A stretch of 64,000 nt of DNA from Octopus vulgaris. Lineage: Eukaryota. The DNA lies in contig OX597836.1 in the NCBI GenBank assembly GCA_951406725.2, forward strand, positions 24,304,001-24,368,000, read 5' to 3'. The notes beneath the pieces are model-generated. The model did no database searches and had not been told where the DNA came from. It saw only the letters and a list, made by a program, of their open reading frames with translations. This document shows, piece by piece, positions 51,202 through 64,000 of the stretch; position 1 is the first letter of the stretch; every line of letters begins with the position of its first letter. Made by a program: the position numbers and the translations under genes.

Positions 51202-52218
51202 TTTCCGGTATTTTTATAAAGAACAAGTGCATTTGTTCATCGATTCCAAATATTTAGAATATACATGCATTCTTAGCTATGTGTCTTGTGTTATTAGTCG
51301 AAATGAAAACAATAAGGAGACCGCTTATGGGAGATCGTAGAAAAAAGGAAACACTCGGCGAACCGAGTGGATGAGACGGCTCTGACATCATGTTGAATAC
51401 ACTCTACTGGTAAATATATAACGACATTGCAGATGACCTACTTTGTAAGCATGGGCTTTCAGATTTTATTCTTTAAATTATGAATAAGAAAAATAGAAAT
51501 ATAGACGGGAACCCCAATCAAAATTGTATGTGATTGTTGTTGCTATTGTTGCTTTATGCTGTGATGAGGTGATAAAAATCGAAACATTTGTCATAGTCTT
51601 TAGTCTGTCGAGTAGTCTTTCCACTCTCACCCACCCACTCACAAGAAATACAGGCTCAGCATCCGTGTCAGATGTTGACTAAGTCAATTAGAATCAAAAG
51701 GTCTGCTTGAAACTGGAGAAGAGCATGATTTCCAGTAAACCATGAACAGTTTGATGCCAATCAAATTGAATAAAATAATAAGATCCTGGAAAAGAGAGGA
51801 GAAGAGATGAAAAAAATGAAATGTGGCTAGCTTGGTGGCTGTTCAAAAGATAAGAGATATTTGATATAGTAAGAGTTGAAGGAAATAATTATAAGTTTTA
51901 ATTACCCCAGAAGGTCTCTAAGAACAAAAGTGTTTCCTGAGATGTATAGTTTATAAATGGCAACGTCGAAATATATTTTTTATTCTTTATTTCCAGTATT
52001 AAATTCTACTAACGCATGTACAGTATCATCCAAACACTTCTGGGGGAGGAGAAAAATGGGAAGTTGTGGCATTCAGGGAATTAGTGATGTAAATGAAGTG
52101 AAATGGTTAAATGTTTTTTCTCCAGGAATTGAAAGTGCAATATAGACTCGACAGAGCAGGAGTTTTAACAGCTACACTCGGGCAGTCATCTTTTAATAGT
52201 CAGAAGAGAGATAGTTAT

Positions 52219-52266
<48 letters not shown>

Positions 52267-52347
52267 AGAGGAGGAGGAGCAGCAGCAGCAGCAAAGTATT
52301 TGCGTTAATGTGCCCAACCCTAACACTAACCCACATATATATATATT

Positions 52348-52399
<52 letters not shown>

Positions 52400-52442
52400 G
52401 AAAATGCTGACAAAATAATTTAAGTAATTTAAGTAATTTAAT

Positions 52443-52499
<57 letters not shown>

Positions 52500-52504
<5 letters not shown>

Positions 52505-52621
52505 GATACAAACTGGGACAAGAACGCAAAACATTTAGAAGACGATACAAAAAACACGGACGGAACATTCGAAGCCTTCAATCTTCAGTCGAAACCGGAT
52601 CATCCTCGCAATTTCGGCTGT

Positions 52622-52624
<3 letters not shown>
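52500..52624 (-). repeat. Short unique-sequence insert between (TG)n and (TA)n, probably a Penelope-like end fragment
   Basis: About 125-bp non-microsatellite island with a pyrimidine-rich 3' end on the minus strand, like the other TA-anchored fragments. Confidence 0.3.
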
Positions 52625-52714
<90 letters not shown>

Positions 52715-53011
52715 TATATATTTGTATGTAGTGTATGCGTGTGTTGCTTGAAGAAGGGACGTGTGTATATGTTTGTGGTAGCGGTTATTACAAATCCACA
52801 TCTACATATTTTGTACAACCACCATTTGTGACTGCACTCAAATATACGGAGGTGGTAACGAATTCACTACTCGGCTGTCACTGTTGCCTCGGCTGGCTTG
52901 AAGCTATCAATTGATGATATTAGTTACAACAAATTTACATACGTTAGACTTAACAGACTCCTAATATGACAAAACTTTTTAAAGTCACCTTTATACATAC
53001 ATACATATATG

Positions 53012-53079
<68 letters not shown>

Positions 53080-53129
53080 CATACACACAAACATACATAT
53101 ATATATATACATACATGCATATATATATG

Positions 53130-53177
<48 letters not shown>

Positions 53178-53204
53178 CATGCATATATATATGTATGTAT
53201 ATAT

Positions 53205-53420
53205 TTTACTTGTTTCATTTATTTGACTGCAGCCATACGGGGCCACTGCCTTGAAGTTTTTTCTTTCTTTTATAGAACAAATCGACCACAGGGCTTATTT
53301 CTTGAGCCTAATAATATTCTAACGGTCTATTTTGACGAACCACTAAGTTCGAGCAAGTACACACCAACACCAGTTATCAAACGGTAATGAGGAAGGGCAA
53401 ACACAGACACACACACACAC

Positions 53421-53478
<58 letters not shown>

Positions 53479-53642
53479 GACAGGTTTCGTTCAGTTTCCG
53501 TCTACCAAATCCATTCACAAGGTTTTGGTCGGCCCGAGGTTATGGAAGAAGATACTTGCTCAAGGGTCCATGCAGTGGGACTGAAACGGGAACCCAGTGG
53601 CTGGGAAGCAAGCTTCTTACCACACCCACCTACCCACGCCTA
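53205..53642 (-). mobile_element. Diverged SINE family A with expanded internal (CA)n
   Basis: ttttacttgtttcatt..tttgactgc..cagtttccgtctaccaaatcca..gcagtgggactgaa. Confidence 0.8.
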
Positions 53643-53891
53643 GTCACACAGCAAAATGTCCGGCACTGTGTTAGATCACGAGATATCACGTTGAAGACGT
53701 GATTTCCTTAACCTCTCGTTCGTGTATAACTCCAGGCATTCAAGATGCCATCACACGCGCCTCTCCCTCAAATTTCCCGTCCCACTAACAATTATAAAAG
53801 TATTAAAGTCGATTCAACCGATTAACGCCTTCCCCCTACTTCAAAATGGTGCTGTACTTGTAACTAAATCAGAAGGCGCTTTTTTTCTTTT

Positions 53892-54461
53892 AAGGTGACG
53901 AGCGGCGAGAATCGGCAGAACGTCGGTCAAAATCCTTTGCAGCATTTCATACGTTCTGAGTTCAAATTCCGCCGAGGTCGACTTTATTTCTCGTCTATTC
54001 AGAGCAGATATAATGGAAGCACTCCGTCGGTTACGACGACGAGGGTTCCGGTTGATCCGAATCAACGGAACAGCCTGCTCGTGAAATTAACGTGTAAGTG
54101 GCTGAGCACTCCACAGACACGTGTACCCTTAACGTAGTTCTCGGGGATATTCAGCGTGACACAGAGAGTGACAAGGCCGGCCCTTTGAAATACAGGTAGA
54201 ACAGAAACAGGAAGTAAGAGTGAGAGAAAGTTGTGGTGAAAGAGTACAGCAGGGATCACCACCATCCCCTGCCGGAGGTCGTTTTAGGTGTTTTCGCTCA
54301 ATAAACACTCACAACGCCCAGTCTGGGAATCGAAACCGCGATCCTATGACCGCGAGTCCGCTGCCCTAACCACTGGGCCATGTCGCCTCTACAAGCAGAT
54401 ATAATAGGTAGCAGTTGACTACCAGTGTCAACTAGCCTCTCCCTTAAAATTGATAGCCTTA
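53892..54461 (+). mobile_element. Old SINE family B acting as host of nested SINE D and SINE A insertions
   Basis: acgttctgagttcaaattccgccgaggtcgacttt core, interrupted at 54014 and resuming at 54406. Confidence 0.65.
54015..54393 (-). mobile_element. SINE family D, full length
   Basis: Reverse complement of 61349-61733. TSD AGCAGATATAAT at 54003-54014 and 54394-54405. Confidence 0.92.
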
Positions 54462-54862
54462 TACTCTTTTACTCTTGTACTTGTTTCAGTCATTTGACTG
54501 CGGCCATGCTGGAGCACCACCTTCTAGTCGAGTAAATCGACCCCAGGACTTATTCTTTGTAAGCCTAGTACTTATTCTATCAGTCTCTTTTGCTGAACCG
54601 CTAAGTTACGGGACGTAAACACACCAGCATCGGTTGTCAAGCAATGGTGGGGGGACAAACACAGACACACAAACATATACATATATATACATATATACTA
54701 CGGGCTTCTTCCAGTTTCCGTCTACCAAATCCACTCACAAGGCTTTGGTCGGCCCGGGGCTATAGTAGAAGACACTTGCCCAAGGTGCCACGCAGTGCGA
54801 ATGAACCCGGAACCATGTGGTTGGTAAGCAAGCTAACTTACCACACAGCCACTCCTGCGCCT
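54462..54862 (-). mobile_element. SINE family A, full length
   Basis: Matches family A in reverse. Confidence 0.92.
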
Positions 54863-54894
54863 ATGCTGAACTTTGAAGTTAAAATTATTTTAAA

Positions 54895-55365
54895 AGTGGA
54901 AACAGGTTGCATCGTTAGCATGCCGGACAAGATGCTTGGCAGCATTTCTCTTGTCTCTATGTTCTGAGTTCAAATTCTGCACAGGCCGACTTCGCCTTTC
55001 ATCCTTTAGGGGTCGATGAAATAAGTACTAGATTGGCACTGGAGTCAATTGATAGCCTTATACTCTTTTACTCTTGTACTTGTTTCAGTCATTTGACTGC
55101 GGCCATGCTGGAGCACCACCTTCTAGTCGAGTAAATCGACCCCAGGATTTATTCTTTGTAAGCCTAGTACTTATTCTATCAGCTCTTTTGCTGAACCGCT
55201 AAGTTACGGGATGTAAACACACCACCATCGGTTGTCAAGCAATGGTCGGAGGAACAAACACAGACACACAAACATATACATACATACATATATATACATA
55301 TATACGACGGGCTTCACTACCCCACCAAAATTTCAGACCTTGTAGCCACAGCAGAAAACTTTATT
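54895..55365 (+). mobile_element. SINE family B interrupted by a local duplication of 54448-54708 (SINE A 3' half plus flank) at 55047-55315
   Basis: The duplicate includes the non-SINE-A flank aattgatagcctta and shares private variants (tactcttgtac, accaccttctagtcgagtaaatcga). Confidence 0.8.
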
Positions 55366-55535
55366 ATCATCATCAAAATTTGTCCCGAAATGCGAATGTG
55401 ACAATATTTATAAAAATGCTCGTTATGTTTGAACGCGTCACTTTTTCTTCCTCTCGTTACCCTAGCCTTGTTTTGATTGGTAAATAACGTAAACATTATA
55501 AAAATATATATGTACGAACATGTATGTTGATCGGT

Positions 55536-55991
<456 letters not shown>

Positions 55992-56678
55992 GTATGTATA
56001 GCGACTTCATTAAAGGAATATAAAATTTGCCCAAGTGTGGGGGTGGGTGGGGTAGTTTCAGCCAAAGCGTTTATCCAGAATAGTCGAAGGTGAGCTGAGG
56101 AAAAGGCAAACATTAACATATGGCAGGTGAGCCTTTGTACACTACATAATACAAGACACAGGTCGAATGCCAATAAATATATTGTATTACATAGACTGTC
56201 ATAAAAGTTGCATTGATGTTGGCGGTGGCGGGGGTGGGGGTTGTATCAGATGTCTGGTCATATGGTTCTTTGTGGGGTTTTTTTTTGTTGTTGTTGTTAT
56301 TTTTTAGTTTAACTCCATAGTACTTACATCTTTATTAAGTGGAATAAGAAGGAGAGTGGTGTGGAAGGTACGTGGTGGTGGGGGGGTAGGTTCCATAAAC
56401 CATCATACAACCAACTCTACCATTCCCACCCGTAGCACACCACCACCACCATCACCACCACCACCACCACCACCACCACCACCACCACCACCAGGACCAC
56501 CACCAAAACGACGATGATACTAGCAAGAACAACAGTAACAGGTACAAGAGAAAGGCTCTTATCTAAATTTGTTACATGCATGTGTATATACACATATATA
56601 CATGTGTATATATACATATATATGAGTTTATACATATATGCATATGTATGTATATATATATATATATATATATTTATT

Positions 56679-56715
<37 letters not shown>

Positions 56716-56717
<2 letters not shown>

Positions 56718-56765
56718 CGGGAAGCTTTATGAAAATAAACAACAGACGAAGGCAGGTGGAATACA
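56716..56765 (-). mobile_element. 3' end fragment of the 50607-50897 family
   Basis: aacgggaagctttatgaaaataaacaacagacgaaggcaggtgga is close to the reverse complement of 50853-50898. Anchored in (TA)n. Confidence 0.75.
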
Positions 56766-57474
56766 AATATATGTATATATATGCGTATGTATGTATATAT
56801 TATATATATATGTGTATCTATCTTTATATCTATACAATATATATGTGTGTGTGTGTGTGCGTGTGTGTGTGTGTGTATAATGGTGTTTAAATCGTTCTTT
56901 GGTTCGATTTAGATATCACAGTATGCGTGAGCATAGCTGTTATAGCATTATACAACGAGCAATTAAGAAAATGGTAAACAGAATGCCATAACGAGATGGT
57001 AATAGTTTCAAACATATCGTCTTCGTTTGGCATAAAATTAGTGTCTTTTTGTTTTCATTTTTATTTATTTTTTGCTTTTGTTTTCTACCTGTTTTCTCAT
57101 TAGTAAGTGGACAGCCATTGAACCTAACTCTATTCTATATCCGTTTAATTGACGTTATTAACCCCACCTTATGACAAACTATGTACAGTACACAGAGAAC
57201 TATATACGTTATATATACACTGAAGCACAACTGTGGGGTCTCTCTGCATTAGTGTGTGTGTATGTGTGTGTGTGTGTTTGTGTATGCGTAAGATGTCTTT
57301 TTGCGCATATATGTTAGCGTCTGAGTGTTTCTTTGCATGGACATATATATAAAGATACATATCTATATATACAAATGTGTGTTTGTGGGGGAGGGTTGTC
57401 TGCGTGTATGCAGTGTATATACGTGTACGTTGTATGTACTTTTATTTGCCTGCTTCTTTCTCCATCCAACTCTG

Positions 57475-57593
<119 letters not shown>

Positions 57594-57599
57594 CAAAAT

Positions 57600-57787
57600 G
57601 TGACCGCGTGTGTACCGTTGGCGATTTTTTTCCTCTGTCTTCCCTTCTCCTATGTTTCTGACGAAGAGCTCCACTCGAAACGTTAAACCCTCCTTCTTTC
57701 CTTCTTTCCTGAGCGTCCAATAATACTATATTTGTTCCACGTCCTCGCATTGTTGTGTTTTTTTGTGCTTTCTGGTTTGGATTAACA
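57600..57787 (+). mobile_element. Hammerhead-bearing Penelope-like mini-element between TA tracts
   Basis: Hammerhead at 57654-57688. Downstream ttcctgagcg..taatac..tttgt..ccac is shared with 50815-50860. Confidence 0.7.
57654..57688 (+). ncRNA. Minimal type-I hammerhead motif
   Basis: GTTT-CTGACGA-a-GAG(ctcca)CTC-GAAAC-GTT-AAAC. 4-bp stem I, intact core, palindromic ACGT stem III, GUU triplet. Confidence 0.7.
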
Positions 57788-57800
57788 AGAATTCAACATA

Positions 57801-57841
<41 letters not shown>

Positions 57842-59090
57842 GATTCTTTCTTTCTAGTTCTTCTTCCTATTCCATATTGCACGCATACTTTTGAACGAAT
57901 TTATTGTCCGCACATTTTGCCTTTGTACACATGCATGCATGTGTGTTACTTTACTATGTGTGTGCATGTGTGTGTGTGTGTGTGTGTGTGTGAATTTATG
58001 TTAATGATTGTGCAGAAGACTAGTGCAGAGATCGGTGTGTCGTGTCTTGTCAGCAACATAGTGGCGAGGTGGAAACAACCGCATGCCAAGGCACGTCATA
58101 GCCAGTTCTCAAATAGGAAGCCACTCACCGGTAAGTTAGTTCATTAATATCAGTTACGAATGAGCGCAAGAGATAAACCATCCACCTTCTCGGCAGCACA
58201 ATAGTTTATCACATGTAGCTGTTCCAGCAGGCATGAACTGAACCACAAACTGCCAGCTTCCATACTATTCATTACTCACTTCCACTGTGTTGCCGCTGTC
58301 GCCACCCGAGGCGGTGCATTATATCACCCTATGTTTCCTTTCTTCAGAGAAGCAGAACAGCCCCCACCCATGAACACGCATATTACCAATGACAGTAAAG
58401 AAACCGGAAAGGACCCAGATTTTTGCTGTCACCCAATCTGTTAGGTCATCCGAGACGCGTTGTCACGAGTGGCAGTAATAGAACATCTGAGAGTTTCGAT
58501 GGGTTTCCTTACACTTGTTTCCTTTTATGTTGTCTAAAAATGTTTGGTTATCATCGCTTGTTTGATTGCAAAGTCGAATTTCTTTTGCCAGAGATGCCAA
58601 CTTCGATTCGCGCGACCAGCGTTTTCTTCAGAACTTAGAGACTTTCCTTTTCTCTATTTAATGTCATGAAAGACCCAGCTGAAGCACATGCACGTATATT
58701 TTAGTATTATGATTCGGGGTAATTATTAGATTAAAATACAGAAAACCTCATATAAATATATTTAAATGTAGCGTGTGAGGCATTATGGTTCCGCAGTCTT
58801 ACATTTACAGATTTCATAGTTTAATCCTAGGGTGGCTCCGCTAGAGCAGGCCTGTGATCAAAGTAATCAAGTATGACATCTCATTTTTTTGTTTCTTTCT
58901 TTTACAAGTTTTTCCCACACAAATAACTAATCTATTTTCTTCACTTTTAAGATGAAAACATTTTATTAGAAGGAATAAACACTGCTATTTCTAGCATATT
59001 TACTATCAGGATTCAAAGGATCGGAACAGGCATAGTAAAACATCCTGTCTGATGCTCTACTTCCAGTGAAGCTATAGTATTGTAAGGATG

Positions 59091-59570
59091 TCAATTCGTC
59101 TCGCTTTCAACAACATTCCAAACGTAGACGTCCGTGCTATTTAATCTGGCGAGTTTAAAAGTCACATGTTTGGTGTTACATGATCGTAAAATTTGTCTGA
59201 CATCTATTCTTGGGTTATTGTGAGAAGGTGCTGAATCTCGCTGAAACACGCATTGCTTTCCACTGCATATTCCATCCATCTCGGGCTTAACAATTGTCTG
59301 CAGCAACTCAACGCATCCAGAAGCATTAATTCGAAGATTCTGCGGAAAGATGTGAGGCGGTATGACATAAAGGCGGCGAGCTGGCAGAAACGTTAGCACC
59401 CCGGTCGATGTAATCGACTTAATCCGTTTGTCTGTCTTTGTTTATCCCCTCTGTGTTTTAGCCCCTTGTGGGTAGTAAAGAAATAGGTATGACATGATCG
59501 TTAGCATGCATCACCCTGGGAACATCAGAATTATCTTCACATACCCATCTGTCATTTCTCCCGTGAAACT
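59091..59570 (-). pseudogene. IS630-Tc1-mariner (maT/DD37D-like) transposase catalytic-domain remnant, interrupted by a SINE
   Basis: NDRWVCEDNSDVPRVMH..VIPPHIFPQNLRINA..TIVKPEMDGICSGKQCVFQRDSAPSH..LNSTDVYVWNVVESETN (FQQDSAPxH and LNPxDYxVW motifs). Confidence 0.8.
59369..59490 (+). mobile_element. Internally deleted SINE family B
   Basis: Head joined directly to ggtcgatgtaatcgac. TSD GGTATGACAT at 59359-59368 and 59486-59495. Confidence 0.88.
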
Positions 59571-60512
59571 TCTGATCATGGTCCATGGTTTTCTCATCAT
59601 ACTATGTTTATAAAGGTTTCAAATTTGTTAAGTAAGTCTTCGGATTATGTCCAAGTGAAAGGCAAGGTCATTACACCTTGAGACAGGCGTCGCCATAGAA
59701 CTGGATCACAAACCGCAAGGCATCTTGAAAGCCTTTCTGCCAATCCACTGGTCTAGATTGAAATTTTTATCGATCCCGAAAGTATGAAAGACATAAATTT
59801 GACCTCAGCTGGATTTGATGCGAGAAAGCAAAGAGTCGGAACAACTATTGCCCGACATTCTATCCGACACTCTAATGGTTCTACCTATTCGACATCCTAC
59901 AGTGAAATTATATTTCCAAAAACCGGAAGAATATTTTGTTTCAGGTATTTATTAGAGTCTTTCACTTGTCACAGTAAATCAGTAACCAAATCCTTGTAGG
60001 AATTCTTCAATGGATAATATTTTTGTCAACGCCAACCACCACCATCTCCACCGTATTCCGCTGTTTAATGAATAAATATTCCGCTGTAATTAACAAATTG
60101 AAGCTACATGATTCTATGGAATATACACAACTTTCCCTGCAAAACTAATCAAACTTGATATTGCACACTGATCGTGTCCTTGGATTCCAATCTTTAGTAA
60201 TCGCATCGTAACCTTTTCTGAAATTTAGTAGAACGCCGATACCAAAGCTATCTACCAAAGCTAACATATAACTGGTACGCATATTGCGTAAAGAACTCTT
60301 TGTCTGAAGTCCCTGTAGTGACTTGATGGACAGTACAAACCCCAGGTAGACACAATATCTTTAATCTACAACATTGCGATATTTGATAGTGTATGATGCC
60401 TTCAATAATAATAATAATAACAATAATAATAATAATGTATACAGTGAGATTCTTTGCTCTAGAAGTCAAGAAGACACTCGGCAAGAAATGGAAGCAAAAT
60501 TGAAAGAAGGGG

Positions 60513-60594
<82 letters not shown>

Positions 60595-60655
60595 CAACAA
60601 TAACAATAACAATAACAATAACAATAATAATAATAACAACAACAACAACAACAAC

Positions 60656-60729
<74 letters not shown>

Positions 60730-60769
60730 TAATAATAATAATAATAATAATAACAACAACAACAACAAT
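60513..60769. repeat. (AAT)/(AAC)n microsatellite
   Basis: Direct reading. Confidence 0.95.
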
Positions 60770-61218
60770 AGTATGGTCATTAAATATTATATAGAGTCGT
60801 CAGCCGAGCACAGATAACTAAGCAAGAAAGCTATTTGGTGAACGTTCACACTCGTCCACCCCTCAGTGTACATATTTCTATTATTTGTACGCCTTAAAAT
60901 AAGGACATCAAAAGTATGGAGATGAGAGGATGGGGATGGAGTGGGGCGAGGTTGGGGGGGGCAGAAGGACAAGACAGAGTAGACAAAGCGGAGAAAGAAA
61001 AGCAATGAGCAGTGGCAACAAGTGTAAACAGCTCCCTCTGTCAATCATATGTGGTCAAGGGTCATCTCGCTTTCCCACCAGTCCAGGAAAGCTTTGAAAC
61101 TGAACTGGAGAGAAACAGTAAAACCTTAACACAAATCACTGCTACGACAATCGCTCATACAATCGGATGAGCAAACACAAACGCACACTTCACAAAACAC
61201 ATGCACACTCAAACATAT

Positions 61219-61253
<35 letters not shown>

Positions 61254-61348
61254 TGAATTCTCAAACACACACAGATAGATAGATACATAGGCACGAGTGT
61301 CACATACATACCTTTACATATATATATATATATACATACAAACGCACA

Positions 61349-61733
61349 GTGGAGGCACAATGGCCCAGTGGTTAGGGCAGCGGACTCGCGGTCGTAGGAT
61401 CGCGGTTTCGATTCCCAGACCGGGCGTTGTGAGTGTTTATTGAGCGAAAACACCTAAAAGCTCCACGAGGCTCCGGCAGGGGATGGTGGTGATCCCTGCT
61501 GTACTCTTTCACCACAACTTTCTCTCACTCTTACTTCCTGCTTCTGTTGTACCTGTATTTCAAAGGGGCGGCCTTGTCACTCTCTGTGTCACGCTGAATA
61601 TCCCCGAGAACTACGTTAAGGGTGCACGTGTCTGTGGAGTGCTCAGCCACTTACACGTTAATTTCACGAGCAGGCTGTTCCGTTGATTCGGATCAACCGG
61701 AACCCTCGTCGTCGTAACCGACGGAGTGCTTCC
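61349..61733 (+). mobile_element. tRNA-derived SINE family D, full length
   Basis: tggcccagtggttagggcagcggactcgcggtc (A box), ggtttcgattccc (B box). TSD ACAAACGCACA at 61338-61348 and 61734-61744. Confidence 0.93.
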
Positions 61734-61830
61734 ACAAACGCACAAAGCAGCATACATGCAAACGCTTTTCAACGTGCATCTACAACATACATACATAAAA
61801 TACACGCACACCATACGCATATTCATTCAT

Positions 61831-61863
<33 letters not shown>

Positions 61864-61921
61864 TTCATGACTCAGTAAATATGCATGGCTGGTCGCTGTA
61901 TATCTAGAAACGTGTAATATA

Positions 61922-62286
61922 TAAGTTAAGTTACTTTTTTGGCTCAAAAAGCAAAAAGCAAGGCCATGTAGGGGGACATGGAGTTATATACAGGGAGGGT
62001 GTTCATGTAAAGAGTTCAGGCCATTTCTGGTCAAGAGAGACTTTGAACCGAGCGGTCGTCGGCATCTTCACTATCTCGTCCGGCAGCTTATTCCACGGAT
62101 CCGTAACCCGGACGGAGAAAGCCCCTCTCCTTCGATTGAGATGAAATCGTCGCAGATAGAGCTTTTCGGAGTGACCCCGCAGCCGACGCTCTGGAGCAGG
62201 AGTGAAGAACAGCTCTTTCGAGAGGTTACACTTTCAGCTTACGACGTTGTGAGCAAGAATGAGATCGCCACGGCGTCGTCGCTTTT
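61922..62286 (-). mobile_element. 5'-truncated CR1 LINE 3' end
   Basis: Minus strand KRRRRGDLILAHNVVS*KCNLSKELFFTPAPERRLRGHSEKLYLRRFHLNRRRGAFSVRVTDPWNKLPDEIVKMPTTARFKVSLDQKW (RRxRGDL, RGH, FSxRV..WNxLP, FKxxLD motifs). taactt-repeat tail. Confidence 0.9.
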
Positions 62287-62337
62287 CTATATGTATCCAT
62301 ATATTTCAAAATCTCCTTATAAACACTTAATTACACA

Positions 62338-62559
62338 CGAAGGTTTGTTGAAAAGTTCCTGGCTTTGGGTAAAAGAAAAATACAGGAGGATCACTTAATT
62401 GTAGTTGAATATGATTTTATTCAACATATTCCTCTCTCAGATTCACACACTTATTGCAGCGGACCTTCAGTTTTTCTAAGCCCTGTAAACGGAAGATTGG
62501 GTCTACAACCAGGCCTTTCGCGATACCTTTAAAGCCACGAACTTTTCAGCACCCCCTCG
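62338..62559. mobile_element. Mariner-derived MITE
   Basis: Imperfect TIRs cgaaggtttgttgaaaagttcctggcttt and aaagccacgaacttttcagcaccccctcg|TA. Confidence 0.8.
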
Positions 62560-62726
62560 TATATATGTATATATGATCTTGCTCATAAGTGTGTGCTCAA
62601 GTACCGCTGGGAAGGACTCAGTCAATCAAATCGCCCTCAATATTCATTTTGCAAAGTTTAATATTGATTGATTGTAACGTTCTCATTTTACCACATTTTC
62701 TCCTTTTAACGATTTTCAAGCTTTGA

Positions 62727-62840
<114 letters not shown>

Positions 62841-63020
62841 TACACAAATACACAATCTGGCATACAGTGGGCTTCCGCACACTTTCAGCTCCGCCAAATT
62901 CATTCATAAAGCAATTTTTAGATCGAGTGATTGAGATAAATGAGAAAACTTATTGTAGTTCTGAACTTGAAACTAATTGTTAAGCGAACTACCTGACCAC
63001 ACTGTCATGCACGCATGTCA

Positions 63021-63045
63021 ATACATACATACATACATGCATACA

Positions 63046-63086
<41 letters not shown>

Positions 63087-63164
63087 ATGCATGTATGCAT
63101 ATATATATATGTTTATATATATCTATCTCTATATATATGTAGATAGATAGATATGTATATATAT

Positions 63165-63253
<89 letters not shown>

Positions 63254-63267
63254 ATCTATCTATATAT

Positions 63268-63334
<67 letters not shown>
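63021..63334. repeat. Compound (TA)n/(GATA)n microsatellite
   Basis: Direct reading. Confidence 0.95.
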
Positions 63335-63542
63335 CGTTCATACATACACGCACATGCACATATGCATAACACACACAAGCACACACATAGAAAGATAGAT
63401 AATTAGATAATCAGATACGGACGTAGTTTATCTCGATGTCACCTGATTGAATAGAAACGGTGTAAAATTGAATGGGGACGTTGTGAATAATGGAGTGACT
63501 TTTAATCATAAATTCCGCATCACGTATTGAGTACACGCATTC

Positions 63543-63627
<85 letters not shown>

Positions 63628-63858
63628 TAAAAAAAAAAAAAAAAAACAGAAACAATTCCTATCATAGTAGGTGCATTAGGCATGATAAAAAGAGGAAAGA
63701 AGACATCCGATCTTTTAGAATCTATGGAGTCTGCCTACCTGAATCTTATAACATACGAAAACCATCAGAGCATCACAACAAATCACAGCACATACCAGGC
63801 ACAAGAGCTGTGCTCGGTAGTGAAGTGAAAGCACGCTATAAAAATAAAAATAAAACTA

Positions 63859-63861
<3 letters not shown>

Positions 63862-63918
<57 letters not shown>

Positions 63919-64000
63919 AAGAAGAAGAAGAAGAAGAAGAAGAAGAAGAAGGAGGAGGAGGAGGAGGAGGAGGAGGAGGGGAGGAGGAGGAGGAGGAGGG
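63862..64000. repeat. (AAT)n-(AAG)n-(GAG)n compound microsatellite
   Basis: Direct reading. Confidence 0.95.

Noticed and set aside
52555-52600. Minus-strand CTGAAGA-ttgaaggcttc-GAAT
   Set aside because: GAAA, stem III and stem I cannot be formed convincingly.

Overview
This is AT-rich, microsatellite-saturated non-coding DNA from an animal genome. The repeat repertoire resembles octopus or cephalopod DNA (inference from recalled SINE families, not a search). No host protein-coding gene, rRNA, intact tRNA or CRISPR array can be supported, and almost all listed ORFs are translations of (TA)n, (CA)n, (ATT)n or (TAG)n tracts. The window holds many copies of at least five tRNA-derived SINE families, some nested or tandem and with target-site duplications (TSDs). 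It also holds decayed LINEs (RTE, CR1, L1/Tx1-like, I/Jockey-like), mariner, Tc1 and maT remnants, MITEs, a non-autonomous Helitron and a Penelope-like ORF remnant. The most interesting signal is a set of six minimal type-I hammerhead ribozyme motifs in mostly unrelated sequence contexts: 14881-14931, 15255-15297 and 57654-57688 with intact cores, and 50762-50799, 38139-38191(-) and 537-572 with core substitutions. Most sit in short ORF-less inserts beside (TA)n tracts. Two of these inserts, and two fragments without a ribozyme, share an asymmetric fold-back architecture, consistent with TA-targeting Penelope-derived, retrozyme-like mini-elements. A second notable structure is a SINE with a triplicated 184-bp body inside one TSD, whose sibling monomers end in a GGTAT microhomology with their targets.
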